The notes beneath the pieces are model-generated. The model was not told where the DNA came from, made no database searches, and was given only the letters and a program-made list of their open reading frames with translations. From Vicugna vicugna (taxonomy: Eukaryota): 64,000 bases of DNA. Positions within the stretch are counted from its first letter, which is position 1. Every line of letters begins with the position of its first letter. The DNA lies in NCBI GenBank assembly GCA_013265495.1, contig MU058423.1, positions 6,486,939-6,550,938 on the forward strand, given 5' to 3'. A program made the translations under genes and the position numbers. Of the stretch, positions 1-14,015 are shown piece after piece.

Positions 1-305
1 GGTTGTCTCAGCCTGTCCTATAGGCATTTGCTCACTAATCTGATGTATAGGAATCTCTCAGCTAGTTTCTGGATTTCTCTCAGAGGCAATTGCTCCAAGT
101 ACCGTGGTATGTTTGGTGCATCCATGTGAGGAAGAAAATTTAGGATCTTCCAAAGTCATTATCTCAGTCTCTCCTTCCTCTCTATAATCTTTTGTAATAG
201 ATCCTGAGCTTTGCTCGTATTTTTAGGATTTTTATCTATATTCATAAAACACATTAGTCTATTGTTTTCTTGTGAGATCCTTGTCTGGTTTTGGTATTAG
301 CAACT
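1..305 (-). mobile_element. L1 fragments (5'UTR start and an ORF2 piece)
   Basis: The reverse complement resembles an L1M 5' end. ttgtctggttttggtattag is typical antisense ORF2. Confidence 0.6.
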
Positions 306-2597
306 ATAGAATTTTTATTTTCAGTTGTTTTATTTCCTTTGGAGAATTTCATTTAAATTATATATAAATTTTATTTGTATTCCAGTTCTCTGGTAATATT
401 TATCATTTTATAATATATGTTTCTAAGTACATCATACATTTTAAATTCTGTATTTGTTAATGACAATCTCTGGATCATCTCAGTGTCTGTGTTTTTCAGA
501 AAATTTTAAATGAATACCAGACACTTTGCATAAAAACACTGCAGATACACTGATTGCTACCTTCTTCAGAGAGCATTTTCTTTAACTGCTGATTAGCAGT
601 TACGAGTGGATGAATCCAAGTAGAGATAGCAAATTAGACAGCGACTTTCAGGAAGTGTTTGTAAAGCCTGGCTTATTTGGGTGACAATCCCAGGTATAGA
701 AGCTGTAGTTTGTAGTGCTACAAAAGAAAACCTTCTCTTGTACCCTTATCTCAGATTTGCATTTCCTTAGCACCTTGAGACTTCTCAGCTTCAAACTTCC
801 TGCCTAGCTACTCAACCTCTCAGTTTATCTTGTGTCAGTAAAGGGCTGAAGACGGAAAGAAGCTCAGGTTTTCTGAAATCTCTGATCTCCATTTCTATCC
901 AGTTTCTTGAGCTCTCAAATCCTGAATCATGGATAAGCCTGAATTCCAATTTTGTCTTCCTTGACTTAACGAGACTGCTACAAGCTCTGATCAGCTTTGA
1001 CTCTCAATAGCTATTTTCTGCTCATATTGTCAGCCCTCAACTACATGGCTGTGCCTCAGCAAAAGCCTGGATGATGAAAGCAGAATGTGATGTCACCAAA
1101 ACTTCAATGAGTTTAGCTTCTTTTGGAATTTTGGCCTTGGTAGGATTTATTTTAAAAATTCTACATAACATTTTTCATTTGTACTTAGTCAATGGATAGA
1201 TCACACAGATTTGAAATGGTATTTGTGATGGCTGAAGTAATTAAATATAAAGAAAGAGAGTAGTTTTGAAAACGTGGTTGAGGTCGTTGGAATGCACAGA
1301 CAAGGCAGAAATTATACTGTTGAAGATGGAAATATTCCTCTCCCAATTTAACACACCGCAAAAACCAAAGAAGAAATAAATTTTAGTTATTATGTATAAA
1401 CATAAACCTTTCAAAACATATGCAATTTTTAAATTACAATTTCTGAAAACTGAAGGGACAAATAAAGTTGGGAGGTGAGAATCATCTACAAATTATTTTA
1501 TTTGTTTTAAAATTAAAATACTGTGTATCTTCATGAAATACTAGTTCACCAAACAGGAACAACTTTGCTTTTCCTATGATTAAGATCCTATTCCAAATTG
1601 TAGAGGTTTTTCAGGAACCACCAATCTCATGATACTGCATTAAAGTCATCATGTATGCGAAGCCTGATACATTTGACCGTGTGAACAACTGAGGACGACA
1701 GAGCTTCCTCCTTTGGAATCTAGAGATGATGCATGTTTTGCAGTCCTCCAGGTGCCTGCCCTCGGTGAAACATTTGACTAAACAAACAAACAAGCCAGGA
1801 AGAAAGACCAAGGGAGGCATATTTTTAGGAGTATTACATTAATCGTAACTAATAAAATCGGGGATTTTTTTGTTGTAATATGTTGAATGAGTCTTGGTAT
1901 ACTTCTTCCAATTAAGCCAAGGGTTTCTTCCCTCAATTCCATGTAACCTCATGATTTTGTCAAATCCACATAACTCTGCATGGGCAATTCTGTTCAATTC
2001 GCAGTATAACTTTTCTTCACCTTTATATATTTTCCCCTTAGATAGGCTTTATAAAGGACTGACTACAGAAGGTGGCAAGAGGACAATGTGATTAATTTTT
2101 TTAACTCCCTTAAGACAATGCCAAGTGGAGAGGAGTTATGGAGTCTGATCTGCAGCCCTCCAAAGACAAGCTCAGTCTAAAATCCTGAATGTGGTCTCTT
2201 CTTTAAACCAAGTATCTGTGCTCCTCTGACATGAAAACTGAAGAACTTTGGAGCTGCCCTAGAATCAGTATCTTGCTTTAGTTTCCACAACTTCTCGATG
2301 ATGCCCTGATACTATATCTAGAATAAGACTGTGTCAATTCTTATCTCTTATTCTCAAGAATCCAATGTAATCCAAGTAATAAATGATAATGGGTTCCATC
2401 TACTAAACATAATCACCTTAGATATCAGGGTAAACATAAGATAGATCACTTTAGGTTTTTGTCCCCTAAGGTATGGCCATCCTTCCCTACTCCTAGGACA
2501 TTCCTGAGTTAAAACAAGTTCTCAGATTTTAACTCAACAACTCTGGTCTCAGATCTGTGTCCATATTAACACACATTAATAATATACAGGGAGTATA

Positions 2598-2700
2598 TAC
2601 GTGTGGGTGGGGAGGGCTATGTGGGAACTCTGTATTTTCTGCTCAATTCTGCTGTAAACCTGAAACTGCTCTAAAAAATAAAGTCTATTAAAAAATAATA
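2598..2700 (+). mobile_element. L1MC-like 3' end
   Basis: gggaactctgtattttctgctcaattctgctgtaaacctgaaactgctctaaaaaataaagtctattaaaaa. Confidence 0.8.
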
Positions 2701-4749
2701 ATAGAGACTAATTTCATATTTTTCAAAGCTTATTTCATGGAGTGGTTTTCCCACAAAGTGCTAGTGTTTTTACTGCTTTTATCCTTTTTAACAAAGTTAA
2801 TTTTGTTTTGCTTTTACTGCAGGAATTATCAAAACTTATACTATGACAAAGAATAGAAAGAAATGCATTCCCTCTCCCTTTCCTTGACTAGAACAATTAA
2901 CCTCCTTGGACACAAAGCTGGCAATGGTTTAATTGTGAAAGAGGGGGATAGTAGCTACACTAGCACATCGTCTAGTCTTAAATTGTAGCTCTGCTATAAA
3001 TCCTCTAATTACTTTATAGGTTCTTTCCACAGGAAGGGAAAGAATCATTATTCAGTGTAATTTAAGAGATGCCTCTCATAGCAGAACAAAAAAAGAGAAA
3101 TTATGACCAGCTAAAGTTACTTAAAAAGCTTTAACCAATGTCCACATCATCGCCTATGGAGAGAAACTTTAGATTCTGAAATATCACAACGGTCCCAATA
3201 CTCAACTTTTTGTTTGAACTTCTATTTCAATAGCCCAAGAAAAATGGAAAAAAATAACTTTTACTGAAGTTAAATTGTCTAGATGGAAAAGCATATATGT
3301 GAAAAATAGCTGCAAATATGAAATAAATTAAATTCTCATTTGGAATTGCCTAATGTATAAATAAATAAAGAGTTTTCAAAAATTAGCCATAATAAAGACA
3401 TTCTCCAATATATATATATTATAGAACATAATGAGTTAGAGTTAATGTTTATTCATGATTAAGTTTTCTTAGACTACACATAGGGAAAATCAGCTTGTTT
3501 CTTTTAAGACTATTAACACATAGATACAAATTACTCACTGAAGCCATGGTGGAAATGCATGATTAATGAGACTTGGTTTCAAATGTTTCCATATAATGAT
3601 TCCTTTAAGTGCATAGAATGGGGATGGTGGGAGTGTTTTGGTCACAGAGTTAATGAAGGAAATAAGAAGAAAACGATGATCAAAATAACAGGCATTTATC
3701 ATGCTAAGCTGGTAAAGTTTTGATCAAAAACAAAAACAAAAAATGAAGATGAGAATAATTGACTATATTTCACTTTGCCTTGCTGCATGGGTTCTTTAAG
3801 CCCTTGAGGTCATTTTGTTCATATCTATTAGAGAAAAGAACCTCTGATTCATCACATATATATTTATCCGAAAGGTGGAGAACGTGACTGCAGATGAGAA
3901 AGCCACTATTAGTGGTCAGAGAATGCTAAATAAAGGATGATGAGTTATTTTATTTTCCAAACTTGACAAATATCACATATGCTCTATTTCTTCCTTTAAC
4001 GTAGAGTGTGGTGAGACCTCCATTGAGTTTCCCCTAAAAAATAACACTTAATATTCTCTACATTACTGAAGTCTAGTGGTAGACCTTAGATATTTTCAAA
4101 GCTATGAGCTAACAAAATAGAGACAATACATATTGAGTGTCTTGTATGAACCGCAGTAATAAGAGTGTAAATACAACCTATGGCTTAGCTTTCCAAGACA
4201 GCACTGGCTTTCCCCACATGCCAGCCTGCAATCATCTCTCTGTCAACAGATTCTAATAGAACTTTTAGACATTTATCAATATTCAACTATATTTCCTATT
4301 GACTCAAAATTGCACAGTGATTGATTTCAAGTTGATTATAATCTTGTTAACATGATGATATTACTCACTAACCAGCATAATCAAATAAAATGTCAGTGTT
4401 TCCCTTTTCTCTCTCTCTCTCTCTTCCTCTACCCCTTTATTTTTATTGGTTTTTTAAAGTAAGAGTTGATGCGGTTTTGTGTTTCTACATTGACAAGGAA
4501 AATGGGGTATTCCAACATATTATTTTAATTTGATAGTCCCTAAAACTAAACTTTTGCCAAGGCATTTGTGAGCTTGGACAATTTAGTACTGTGAAGTAAG
4601 TGACAGATTTCCAATAAAAGTATAAATGTGAAGTTCTGTTGTAAAGCAGGGTATAAATCTGGGGATAAAGATAAAATACGTATTAAGTAGTGATAGAAAG
4701 CTTCTGTAAGGTGAATGAAGTAAAAAAGTATTCTATTTATTCAGAAAAT

Positions 4750-4915
4750 TGGCTTCAAATCCCAACCCTGCTGCTGGATGTGAGTCTTCAGCAAACCACT
4801 ACCCTCTCTGTTAAGTTTTGCAAGTGACAAAAATGAGGATAATGTGTTTGCTTGACTTACTTTCTTAGCGCTCAGTGGAGGAAATAAATGCAAAGCGTTC
4901 GGTAAATTCTAAAAA
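4750..4915 (+). mobile_element. MIR SINE fragment
   Basis: ttcaaatccc...aaaatgaggataat MIR core pattern. Confidence 0.55.
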
Positions 4916-7900
4916 GAAATATAAGCTACAAGTTTTTATGAGCTTTGATTAATGTTTTTGATGAATCAGCTATATTGTTTTCTTGAGCAAAAAGGTCTGA
5001 GATACATTAAAAAATTGACATGACAAGTGAGATGAATCTACATATTAAGTGCAGAGAAGATCTCAATAAATCAAATGATAAATGTGGAATGATGGAATCT
5101 GTTCCAGTGTGACAACAATTTCTTTCAGACAATATATTTTTTAAAGCAATTTATTACTCTAGATACAAAATGCAGTTGAAACTTTTGAATCATCTGCCTA
5201 ATTGCATAAGCATACCAGGTTCATGAGGGTGATGTAGTCAGTATAATAAACATTTTTCATTTCATTTTGTTTCATTTAAGGAAAATTCTTAAACTGTGTT
5301 ATTTTTCTAAATAAATCTGGACAAAATTGTAGAGAGAGTAAAAATAAGATTTAGGTTACATATCTTTTTTATTAAAAGTGCTTTAGCCAATTAACAGAAA
5401 TAAGCAAATCTTTAATTTACCTTAAATATCTCTTCTCAAGTGGAGAAAGATGCTTCTAATAAATAAAATTACTTTTCACTATTATTAAATATTTAAAAGT
5501 TTTAAAAATAAATTAGTATATTTGAGCATTTGGCAGTAAATAAAATTTAGATTTTGTCTTATTCTGTTAATATCAACATTCATTTTATTTACTATTATGT
5601 CAGCATGTATGAATTACTTCAAAGCATTATAATTCAATTCAGCAAGAGAAAAACAGAGTAAATTCATTCTACATGGATTCTCAGCTTCACAAGCCTCAAA
5701 CTTCATTCTTAAACTCCTTCCTAGCCTGCATTTTCCTTGCACAGTTAGAGACTTAGGTAGTATCAATGTTTCCTCAAGCTTGCTCACAGCTGAGTTGTCA
5801 ATGACCAATTTAATTCCAATGATAAAGTACATGTGCTTTACTATTATTGCTTTCAAAGAATAAAAATAAATGTGTGCTCTCAGTGATATTTTGTCTATCC
5901 CAAACCTCAGATTGTGGCTCCAGTAACAAGTCAGTATGCTAGAATATATCAGAGCACACAAATGCAAAAATGGGATATTGATCTTAAAATATAAGGAACT
6001 GAATATTCCCACACTTTTTGATTTGTGTGAGATATCCAATGTTGCAAACTGCCTATCTATAATCTGTTCAACACACGGAATCCTATGTAGTTAGAAACAT
6101 TGAAGCAAGTGCTTGTTCTACTTGATCAAATATTGGAGGCATGACATTGCAGCACATTTAAAACAAAATGTAAGTTCCATGGTGGAGTGGTCATCCCAGT
6201 ATATGTAGAGATATCAGGTGTGGAAAGAAGTTCATGTTGTGCTTGCTCTGAAGTATTCTTCATTTTGTGACCCTGGCTAATTTGTATACAACATTCAGTT
6301 ATAAGATGAAATATGTCTTCTGCAGAAAGACTTCTTAAAGGGTCTCCTATTTTTTTCTTAATAACATTTATTATAATCCATAATGCTACATTTGTTTTGG
6401 TAGGCATTTTTATACCTGTCTTCAATAAATTGTAAGTTTCATCGATTCAGCCTAATATATATACATGCTCATTGTAGTTCATTCAACTTTTGCAAGAGCC
6501 ACATACATTCTAATTAGACAATAGATATTTTTCAACAAATAAATGCAGACTTTTAGGGCTATGTGGAGCATTTGAGAGGTCTTAACTAGCATCTCACGAG
6601 CCAGAGCTAACTCTGGCTACCTCAAGACACAGATACTGACTTTAATAAGTCAAGTTGAAGAATACTGTAGAAGATTTCTAATATTAGATGAGATATCTTC
6701 TTGTGACAGACAAAGGTTGATTCAGGGTGTGAGAATGTGACCAGCGTATCCTTCTGAAAGGCTGACATTTTATTTGACTTAGCAAACAAAACAGAATATG
6801 TCCTTCAAATGCACTGAAAAACTGAGCCCAAGAGAATGATGCCATTCTCATTTAGCCTTGTATTCTGCCCTCTTTTTATCCTTGGAAAAGGAATATTTGA
6901 GATTGTAAAAGGATAAGAGTGTATGAGTCTTTGCTGAATTCAAAGGGGCATCTTTAGATTTCCAAGAATAGAAGGCTTCAGCAGAACTTCTTAGAGTATT
7001 TATTATTTGTCAGTATTCAAAACCAGCAAACTTCTACCAACTGTATCACTTTGACTTTAATGTAACATAAAAGCTGCTCTGCATGACAGATTACATTGTT
7101 GCAACCAATATTATAATTAGGATAGAAGGCAGATATGTTAGACTCACATTTAGGAAAGAGCTACAGAAGATTAATTACAATCTATTAAAATTCTAAGTTC
7201 ATCACCGTTTAAATTTTTTTCACTTGATGCCAGAATGGAAAGATTCCAATACATTGGTGAGATGAATGTAGCATGCACTGATCTACCATGCTGAACCCAT
7301 TCAAACTTAAGGATCCAAATATGTTATAAAGCATAATTACTTGAAATCTAAATCTTAAGCAAGACAGAAATCCAAATTAAAATTGCCAAGGATTATGTGT
7401 AGACAGAGAATACAATCAAGAAGAATCTATATAAATAATGCTTTGTGTTTAAGTAGTCCAAAATCACAAAATTATATGATTCATGTTGCCTACTATAGTT
7501 TAAGTTGGCTTTTTCTGAATTTATTTTAAGTCATTGAAAGGTATACCTATTTTCATGTGTTTAAACATTCATTTTATATTAGCTATTATATTAGCTGTCA
7601 CATGTCACAATTGAGTGTCATCTGAATCTTCTATCTAATTATGCATGCAAATGCAGAGAGTTCGGCAAGAATATTTTTAATAATATGAGTACTTGATGCC
7701 ACTTTTTGATTTTTATTAGACTAATTAATATAATTGCATACAATACCATTTGTGATGTAAATTCCAATAACAAGCTGTCAATCATTTAAACATAATATGA
7801 TAATACATTTTGGTTAATTTTATCCAAGACCACAATCTTAGATTTCAGAGCTCCATTTGCCTTTTCTAAACAACAGATCAGGGCTCTTTCAAAGGTAATC

Positions 7901-8609
7901 ATGAAAGTCTTCTATGTAAAATAAAACATGATCAAAACAAATGGGGTCAAATATTACTTCCCCATCGAGAGAGCTGTTCTGAAATAAAAACTTTAGCTAA
8001 ACTTCTCAGGTTAGGTTTTGGAAATTCTGATTAGCTTAACCCATGCAAACAGAAGACAGGAGGCAAATCAAACCTATTCTGCACTTCTAAGCTAAATGTA
8101 CTGCATTACAAACAGCAACAACTATGATGCAAGCACTTCATTACTTTCTTACTATTCTTTAATACTCATAGCCTAATTTATCCTGGAGTTATTATAGCTG
8201 GATAATCAGCTAATTAGGAATAGTCATTATCATTTTCATAGGCTTTCTGTGGAGTACTATGTCTGAGTGATTTAATATACATTGCTTTATGAGAACACTC
8301 TTGAAAGTAACACACAAACAGGGCCATAGGAAGATGAAAGCAAATGACATTTCATAATCAGGAAAATCACTTTATTTTTTTTAACTAGAGTCATGAGTCT
8401 GAGTAAAGTCACATATGTTAGCATCAAAGGAATAAAAAAGCACCTTTTATCTTCAAAACATATTATCTGTATTAATGTATAATTTTCTGATTTCCTACGT
8501 AATCCTCACTACATGTGCTTTTTGTTTTTGTTTTTGTTAGGACCTTGACTTTTATGCTACATTTATCATGGAAATAGTTATTGAAGAAAGAATTCTAAGT
8601 TCTAGAAAA

Positions 8610-8790
8610 ATTTAGTTTGAAATCTGGCTTCACTATACAGCAAGAAGGCAACTTTAGGTAAAATACTTAATAACTCTGCACTCAATAATCTCACTTTAAA
8701 ATGAGGTAAATAGCTTTTCCTCCATCTCAGCATGGGTGATTTTAAATTTCAAAGAGAAAACGTGGATCTATAATACAGTCTGTAAATGCA
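8610..8790 (+). mobile_element. MIR SINE fragment
   Basis: gtttgaaatctggcttcact...taaaatgaggtaaatag. Confidence 0.5.
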
Positions 8791-9086
8791 CTCTATGCAC
8801 ATTATATCATTTGGCTCACACTCCAAAATTCAGGCTAGTAATGTTTCATATATAAACGTATACACCATTTATCTGTTAGTATGGTTGGTGTTATCTTAGA
8901 TCCACAAAGAATTTCCTTAAAGCAGACTCTAATGTGAACATTTTGGTGGAAAAATTTAGTAAGAATTAGGTGATAGAAAATGAAAATCACATTTGCATTA
9001 TAATTTTGATCTGAGATTTCAAATGTATTTTTCTGGTAGACAAGAATTTTTTAAAATGAAGATGAACATGAACAATCAAACATTGT

Positions 9087-10887
9087 GATGTGAATTAAAA
9101 AAAAAGTTCTTTAAGGAAATTGTAGGTGCTACTCCAGCGATCATCACAAACGATGAAAGGCAAGCAGCCTTCTTGCTGCTACGGAGGTTTCAGTGGTCTG
9201 TACAGAAGATCAAACCACTCGCACATTCCCTTGAACCAAAACCTAATCCAGAGCAAAGCCCTAACTCTCTTCATTCTGTGGAGGCTGAGAGAGGCGAGAA
9301 AGCTGCAGAAGAAAAGCTTGAAGCCAGCAGAGGTTGCTTCATGAGCTTTAAGGACAGAAGGCATCTCCATAAGATAAAAGTGCAGGGTGAAGCAGCAAGT
9401 GCTGATCCAGGAGCTGTGGCAAGTTATCCAGAAGATCCAGCTGAGATCATTAAGGAAGGTGGCTATAGACAAAACAGCATTACGCTGAAAGAAAATGCCA
9501 TCTAGGACATTCATAGTCAGCAAGGAGAAGTCAATGCCTGGCTTCAAAGCTTCAAAGAACAGGCTGACTCTTATTAGGGGCTAACTTAGCTGGTGACTTC
9601 AAGTTGAAACCAATGCTCATTTGCCATTCCAAAAATTCCTAGGGCCCTTAAGAATTACGCTAAATTGACTCTGCCTGTGCTTTATAAGTGGAACAACAAA
9701 GTCTGGATGACAGCACATCTGTTTACAACACGGTTCACTAAACATTTTAAGCCCATTTTTGAGACCTACTGCTCAGAAACAAAGATTCCTTTTGAAATAT
9801 TACTACTCATTGGCAGTGCCCCTGGTCACCCAAGAGCTCTGATGGAGATGTACAACGAGATTATTGTTGTTTACATGCCTGCAAATACAACATCTATTCT
9901 GCAGCCTTCAGATCAAGAAATAATTTCTACTCTCAAGTTATATTCTTTAAGGAATAAATTTTGTAAGGCTATAGCTCCCATGGATGATGATTCCTCTGAT
10001 AAATCTGGGGAAAGTAAACTGAAAACCTTCTGAAGAGATTGGCCATTCTGGATGTCAATACGAACATTCGTGATTTATGGGAAGAGGTCAAAACATCAAC
10101 ATAAACAGGAGTTTGAAAGAAGTTGATTCCAACCCACATAGATGACTTTGAGAGGCTCAAGACTTTAGTGGATGAAGTAACTGCAGATGGAATGAAAACA
10201 GCAAGAGAACTAGGATTAGAAGTGGAGCCTCAAGATGTGACTGAATTGCTACAATCTCATGATAAAACTTTAACGGATGAGGAGTTACCTCTTATGGATG
10301 AGCAAAGAAAGTGGTTTCTTTAGATGGAATTTACTCCTGGTGACAATGCTGTGAAGATTGATAAAATGACAACAAATGATTTAGAATATTAAGTAAACTT
10401 AGTTGATATAGCAGAGTTTAAGAGGATTGATTCAAATTTTGAAAGAGGATACTGTGCTTAAAATGTTATCAAACAGCTTTAAGTGCTATAGAGAAATCAT
10501 ACACAGAAGAGTCAATTAATGCAGCAAACATCATTGTTGCCTTATTTTAAGATTTCCACAGCCATCCCAATCTTCAGCAACCATCACCCTGATCAGTCAG
10601 AACCACCAACATTAAGGCAAAAACCCTTCAGCAAGAAAATTATCACTCACTGAAGGTTCAGATGATAGTAAGCATTTTTTGACAATAAAGTACTTTTAAA
10701 TCAAGGTGTGTACATTGTTTTTTAGACATAGTGTCACTACAAACTTAATACACTACAGTATAGTGTAAATATGACTTTTATAAACGTAACTTTTGGAAAC
10801 CAAAAAATCTGTGACTAACTTTATTGTGGTATTCACTTTATTGCAGTGATCTAAAATCGAACCCACAATATCTCACAGGTATGCCTC
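9087..10887 (+). mobile_element. Tigger1 DNA transposon, 5'-truncated, with decayed pogo-like transposase
   Basis: ORF pieces EAERGEKAAEEKLEASRGCFMSFK, KVQGEAASAD and [14 protein letters not shown]...[11 protein letters not shown]. 3' TIR caatatctcacaggtatgcctc followed by TA. Confidence 0.95.
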
Positions 10888-13800
10888 TATGGACTTTATT
10901 GTGTTGAGGTAATCTCCTCTTATTTATAAGGGGTTTTTTAAAATGTTTTTATCTTGAAAGGGTGATGAGTCTTGTCAAATGCTTTTTCTGCATCAACTGA
11001 AATGATCAAATGATTTTTTTCTTCATTCTGTTAATATGGTATATTACATTGATTGATTTTCATATGTTGAAACATCCTTACGTTTCAGGAACAAAATCCC
11101 ACTTGGTCATAGTGTATAATCCTTTCAGTATATTAAATTCAGTTTGCTAGTACTTTGTTGAGAAATTTTTCATCAATATTCATCAAAGTTATTGGTCTAT
11201 AGATTTCTTGTAGTGTCTTTGCCTGGCTTTGTTATCAAGATAATGCTGGCCTCATCGAGTAAGTTAGTGAGTATTCCCTTCTCTTCTATTTTTTTGGACG
11301 AGTTTGAGAAAGATTGACATTAATTCTACTTAAATGCTGAGTAGAAATCTCTGCTGAGGCCCTCTGGTCCTGGGCTTCCTTTTGTTGGGAGGATTTTGAA
11401 TACCGGTTCAGTCTCCTTACTAGTTATTGGTCTGTTCAGATTTCCTTTTTCTTCATGATTCAATCTTGGTAGGTTTAGGTTGTGTGTTTCTAGGAATTTA
11501 CTCATTTCTTCTACATTGTCTAATTTGTTGGCATATAGTTGTTCATAGTATTCTCTTTTAATCTTTTTTATTTCTGTGGTACTGGTGGAAATGTCCTGTT
11601 TTTCACTTCTGCTTTCAGCTATTTGAGTCTGCTCTCCTTTGTTCTCAGATTCAATCTAGCTATGCATTTGTCAATTTTGTTGATTTTTTTTCCATTTTCT
11701 GTTCAATGTATCCCTTCTCTAATATTCATTATTTCCTTTCTTCTACCAGCTTTGGGTTCAGATTGCTCTTTTTCTAGTTCCCTAAGGTGAAAAGATAGAT
11801 TGTTGGTTTGAGATCGTTCTTCTTATTTAGTGTACACAATTACAGGTATAAACTTTCCTCTTAGAACAGTTTTCACTGCATCCCATAAGTTTAGGTATGC
11901 TGTATTTTCATTTTCATTTGTCTCAAGATATTTTCTAATTTCTCTTGTTATTTCTTCTTTGACTTATTGGTTGTTTAATAGTGTGTCGTATAATTCCCAC
12001 ACATTTGTAAAATTTCCCAGTTCTCTTTCTGCTATTACTTTCTAGTTTCATTCCATTGTGATTAGAAAAGATACTTAACATAATTTGTCTTTTAAAATTT
12101 ATTAAAATTTGTTTTGTGGCCTAATATGTGCTGTACCCTGGACAATGTTTCATGAGCACTTGAAAATAATTTATATTCTGGTCTTGTTTGGTGGAGTGTT
12201 TTTAATATATATGGGTCCAATTGGTCTATACTGTTATTCAAGTCTGCTATGTTCTCATTGATATTCTATGCGAATGTTCTGTCCGTTATTAAAAAATGCT
12301 GAAGTCTCCTCCTATTATTGTTTAGATATCTGTGTCTATGTCTCTTCAGTTCTGTCAGAATTTGCTTCACATATTTAGAGGCTCTGATGTTTGGTGCATA
12401 CGCACTTATAATTGTTTTAACTTCTTGGTGAATTGGTTCCTTATCATAATACAACGTTTTTCTTTGTTGCTTGTAATAGTTTTTGATTTAAAGTCTATTT
12501 TGTCTGATATTAATGTAGCTAACCCTGCTATCTTTTACTTTTTTCCATTCTTTACATTCAGCCTTTGTGTATCCATGGATCTAAGGTGAGCCTGTCATAG
12601 ATAGCATTTGGTTGTGTCCTGCTTTTGTTTTTGTTTTTGATCCATTCAGCAACTGATGGCTTTTGATTGTGGAATTTAATCATTTACATTTGAGGAACTT
12701 ACTGATAGGGAAGTACCTGTTATTGCCATTTTTCTAACTGTTGTGTCTTATGGCTTTTCTGTCCCCCATTTCCTTTCTTACTGCTTTCCTTTGTGTTTAT
12801 TTGACTATTTTTAGTGACTAGCTATGAGTCCTTTCTCATTTCATTTTGTGTATGCTCTATAGATGTTTTCTTTGTGGTTACCATTCCAATTACATAAAGC
12901 ATTCTAAAAGTATTACATTCTATTCTAAACTAATGACAATTTCAATCACATACAAAATTTCATTCTTTATAGATTCACCCCCTTCTTAGTTATTGATGTC
13001 ATCAATTACATCTTTACATATTATGTACCCTATGATCCAGCAATCCCATTCCCAGGCATATATGCAGAGGAAATTCTAATTCAAAAAGATACATGTACCC
13101 CAATGTTAATAGCTGCACTACTTACAATACCCAAGACATGGAAGCAACATAAATGCCCATCAACAGATGACTGAATAAAGAAGTTGTGGTATATATTTAT
13201 AATGGAATACTACTTGGCCATAAAAAAGAATAAAATAATGCCATTTGCAGCAACATGGATAGACCTGGAGATCATCATACTAAGTGAAGTAAGACAGAAA
13301 GAGAAAGAAAAATACCATATGGTATCATTTATATATGGAATCTAAATAAAAGGGACATAAATGAACTTATTTACAAAATAGAGACAAGCTCACATACATA
13401 GAAAACAAACTTATGGTTAGCAGCGGGGAAGGGAGATGAGGAAGGATAAATTGGGAGTTTGGGATTTGCAGATATTAACTATTATATATAAAGTAAATAA
13501 ACTACAATGTCCTACTGTATACCTTGTAATAACATGTAATAAAAAAGAACATGAAAAGGAATATATATATATATATATATGTATAACTGAATCACTATGC
13601 TGTATATCAGAACTTAACACATTATAAATCAATTATACTTCAATACAAAAATAAATAAATAAACTAATGGCAATTTAAATCATATATAAAAACTTGACTT
13701 CTTTATACATTCCCCCCTTTTTAGTTATTGATGTCACAGATTACATCTTTACATATTGTATACCTGTTAACATAGATATCTAGCTATTTTTGTTTTTGTC

Positions 13801-13890
13801 ATTTAAATTCTACACGATAATTAAAAGTCAATTTATATACCAAAATTAGAATAATGCAGGTTACTACCTTTTGTTCATGTATTTACCTCC
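10888..13890 (-). mobile_element. Old L1 (L1M) ORF2 / inter-ORF fragment, interrupted at 13030-13660
   Basis: Antisense ORF2 text (gtcaaatgctttttctgcatc, cccacttggtcatagtgtata). Track ORF 12266-12454 contains the endonuclease motif IISAYAPNIRASKYVKQIL. Confidence 0.9.
13030..13660 (+). mobile_element. Younger lineage-specific L1 3' end with A-rich tail
   Basis: tatgatccagcaatccca...gccatttgcagcaacatggatagacctggag...gggagtttgggatttgcagat...aaaaataaataaataaa. Confidence 0.92.
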
Positions 13891-13908
13891 GGCTGGGTTG
13901 TTTTAATC

Positions 13909-13924
13909 TTTATTTTCTTTTATT
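13909..13924 (-). terminator. Two AATAAA polyadenylation signals about 100 nt after the pseudogene stop
   Basis: tttatt on the plus strand at 13909-13914 and 13919-13924. The motif is common in AT-rich DNA. Confidence 0.3.
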
Positions 13925-14015
13925 TAATGAATGATGTTCCAGTTCCCATAAGGCTGCATTTTTCTATGTATTCTTATAATAAATTCCCTCTCACTGATAT
14001 ACTCTGAGAATACAT

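Noticed and set aside
5614..6425. 141-aa and 99-aa minus-strand ORFs
   Set aside because: Non-ATG starts, no recognisable homology and no convincing splice framework.
9126..10323. Cluster of ORFs that could be a domesticated TIGD1-like gene
   Set aside because: Broken by stops, frameshifts and an internal deletion near 9466, 5'-truncated and still carrying a TIR, so it is an ordinary Tigger1 fossil.
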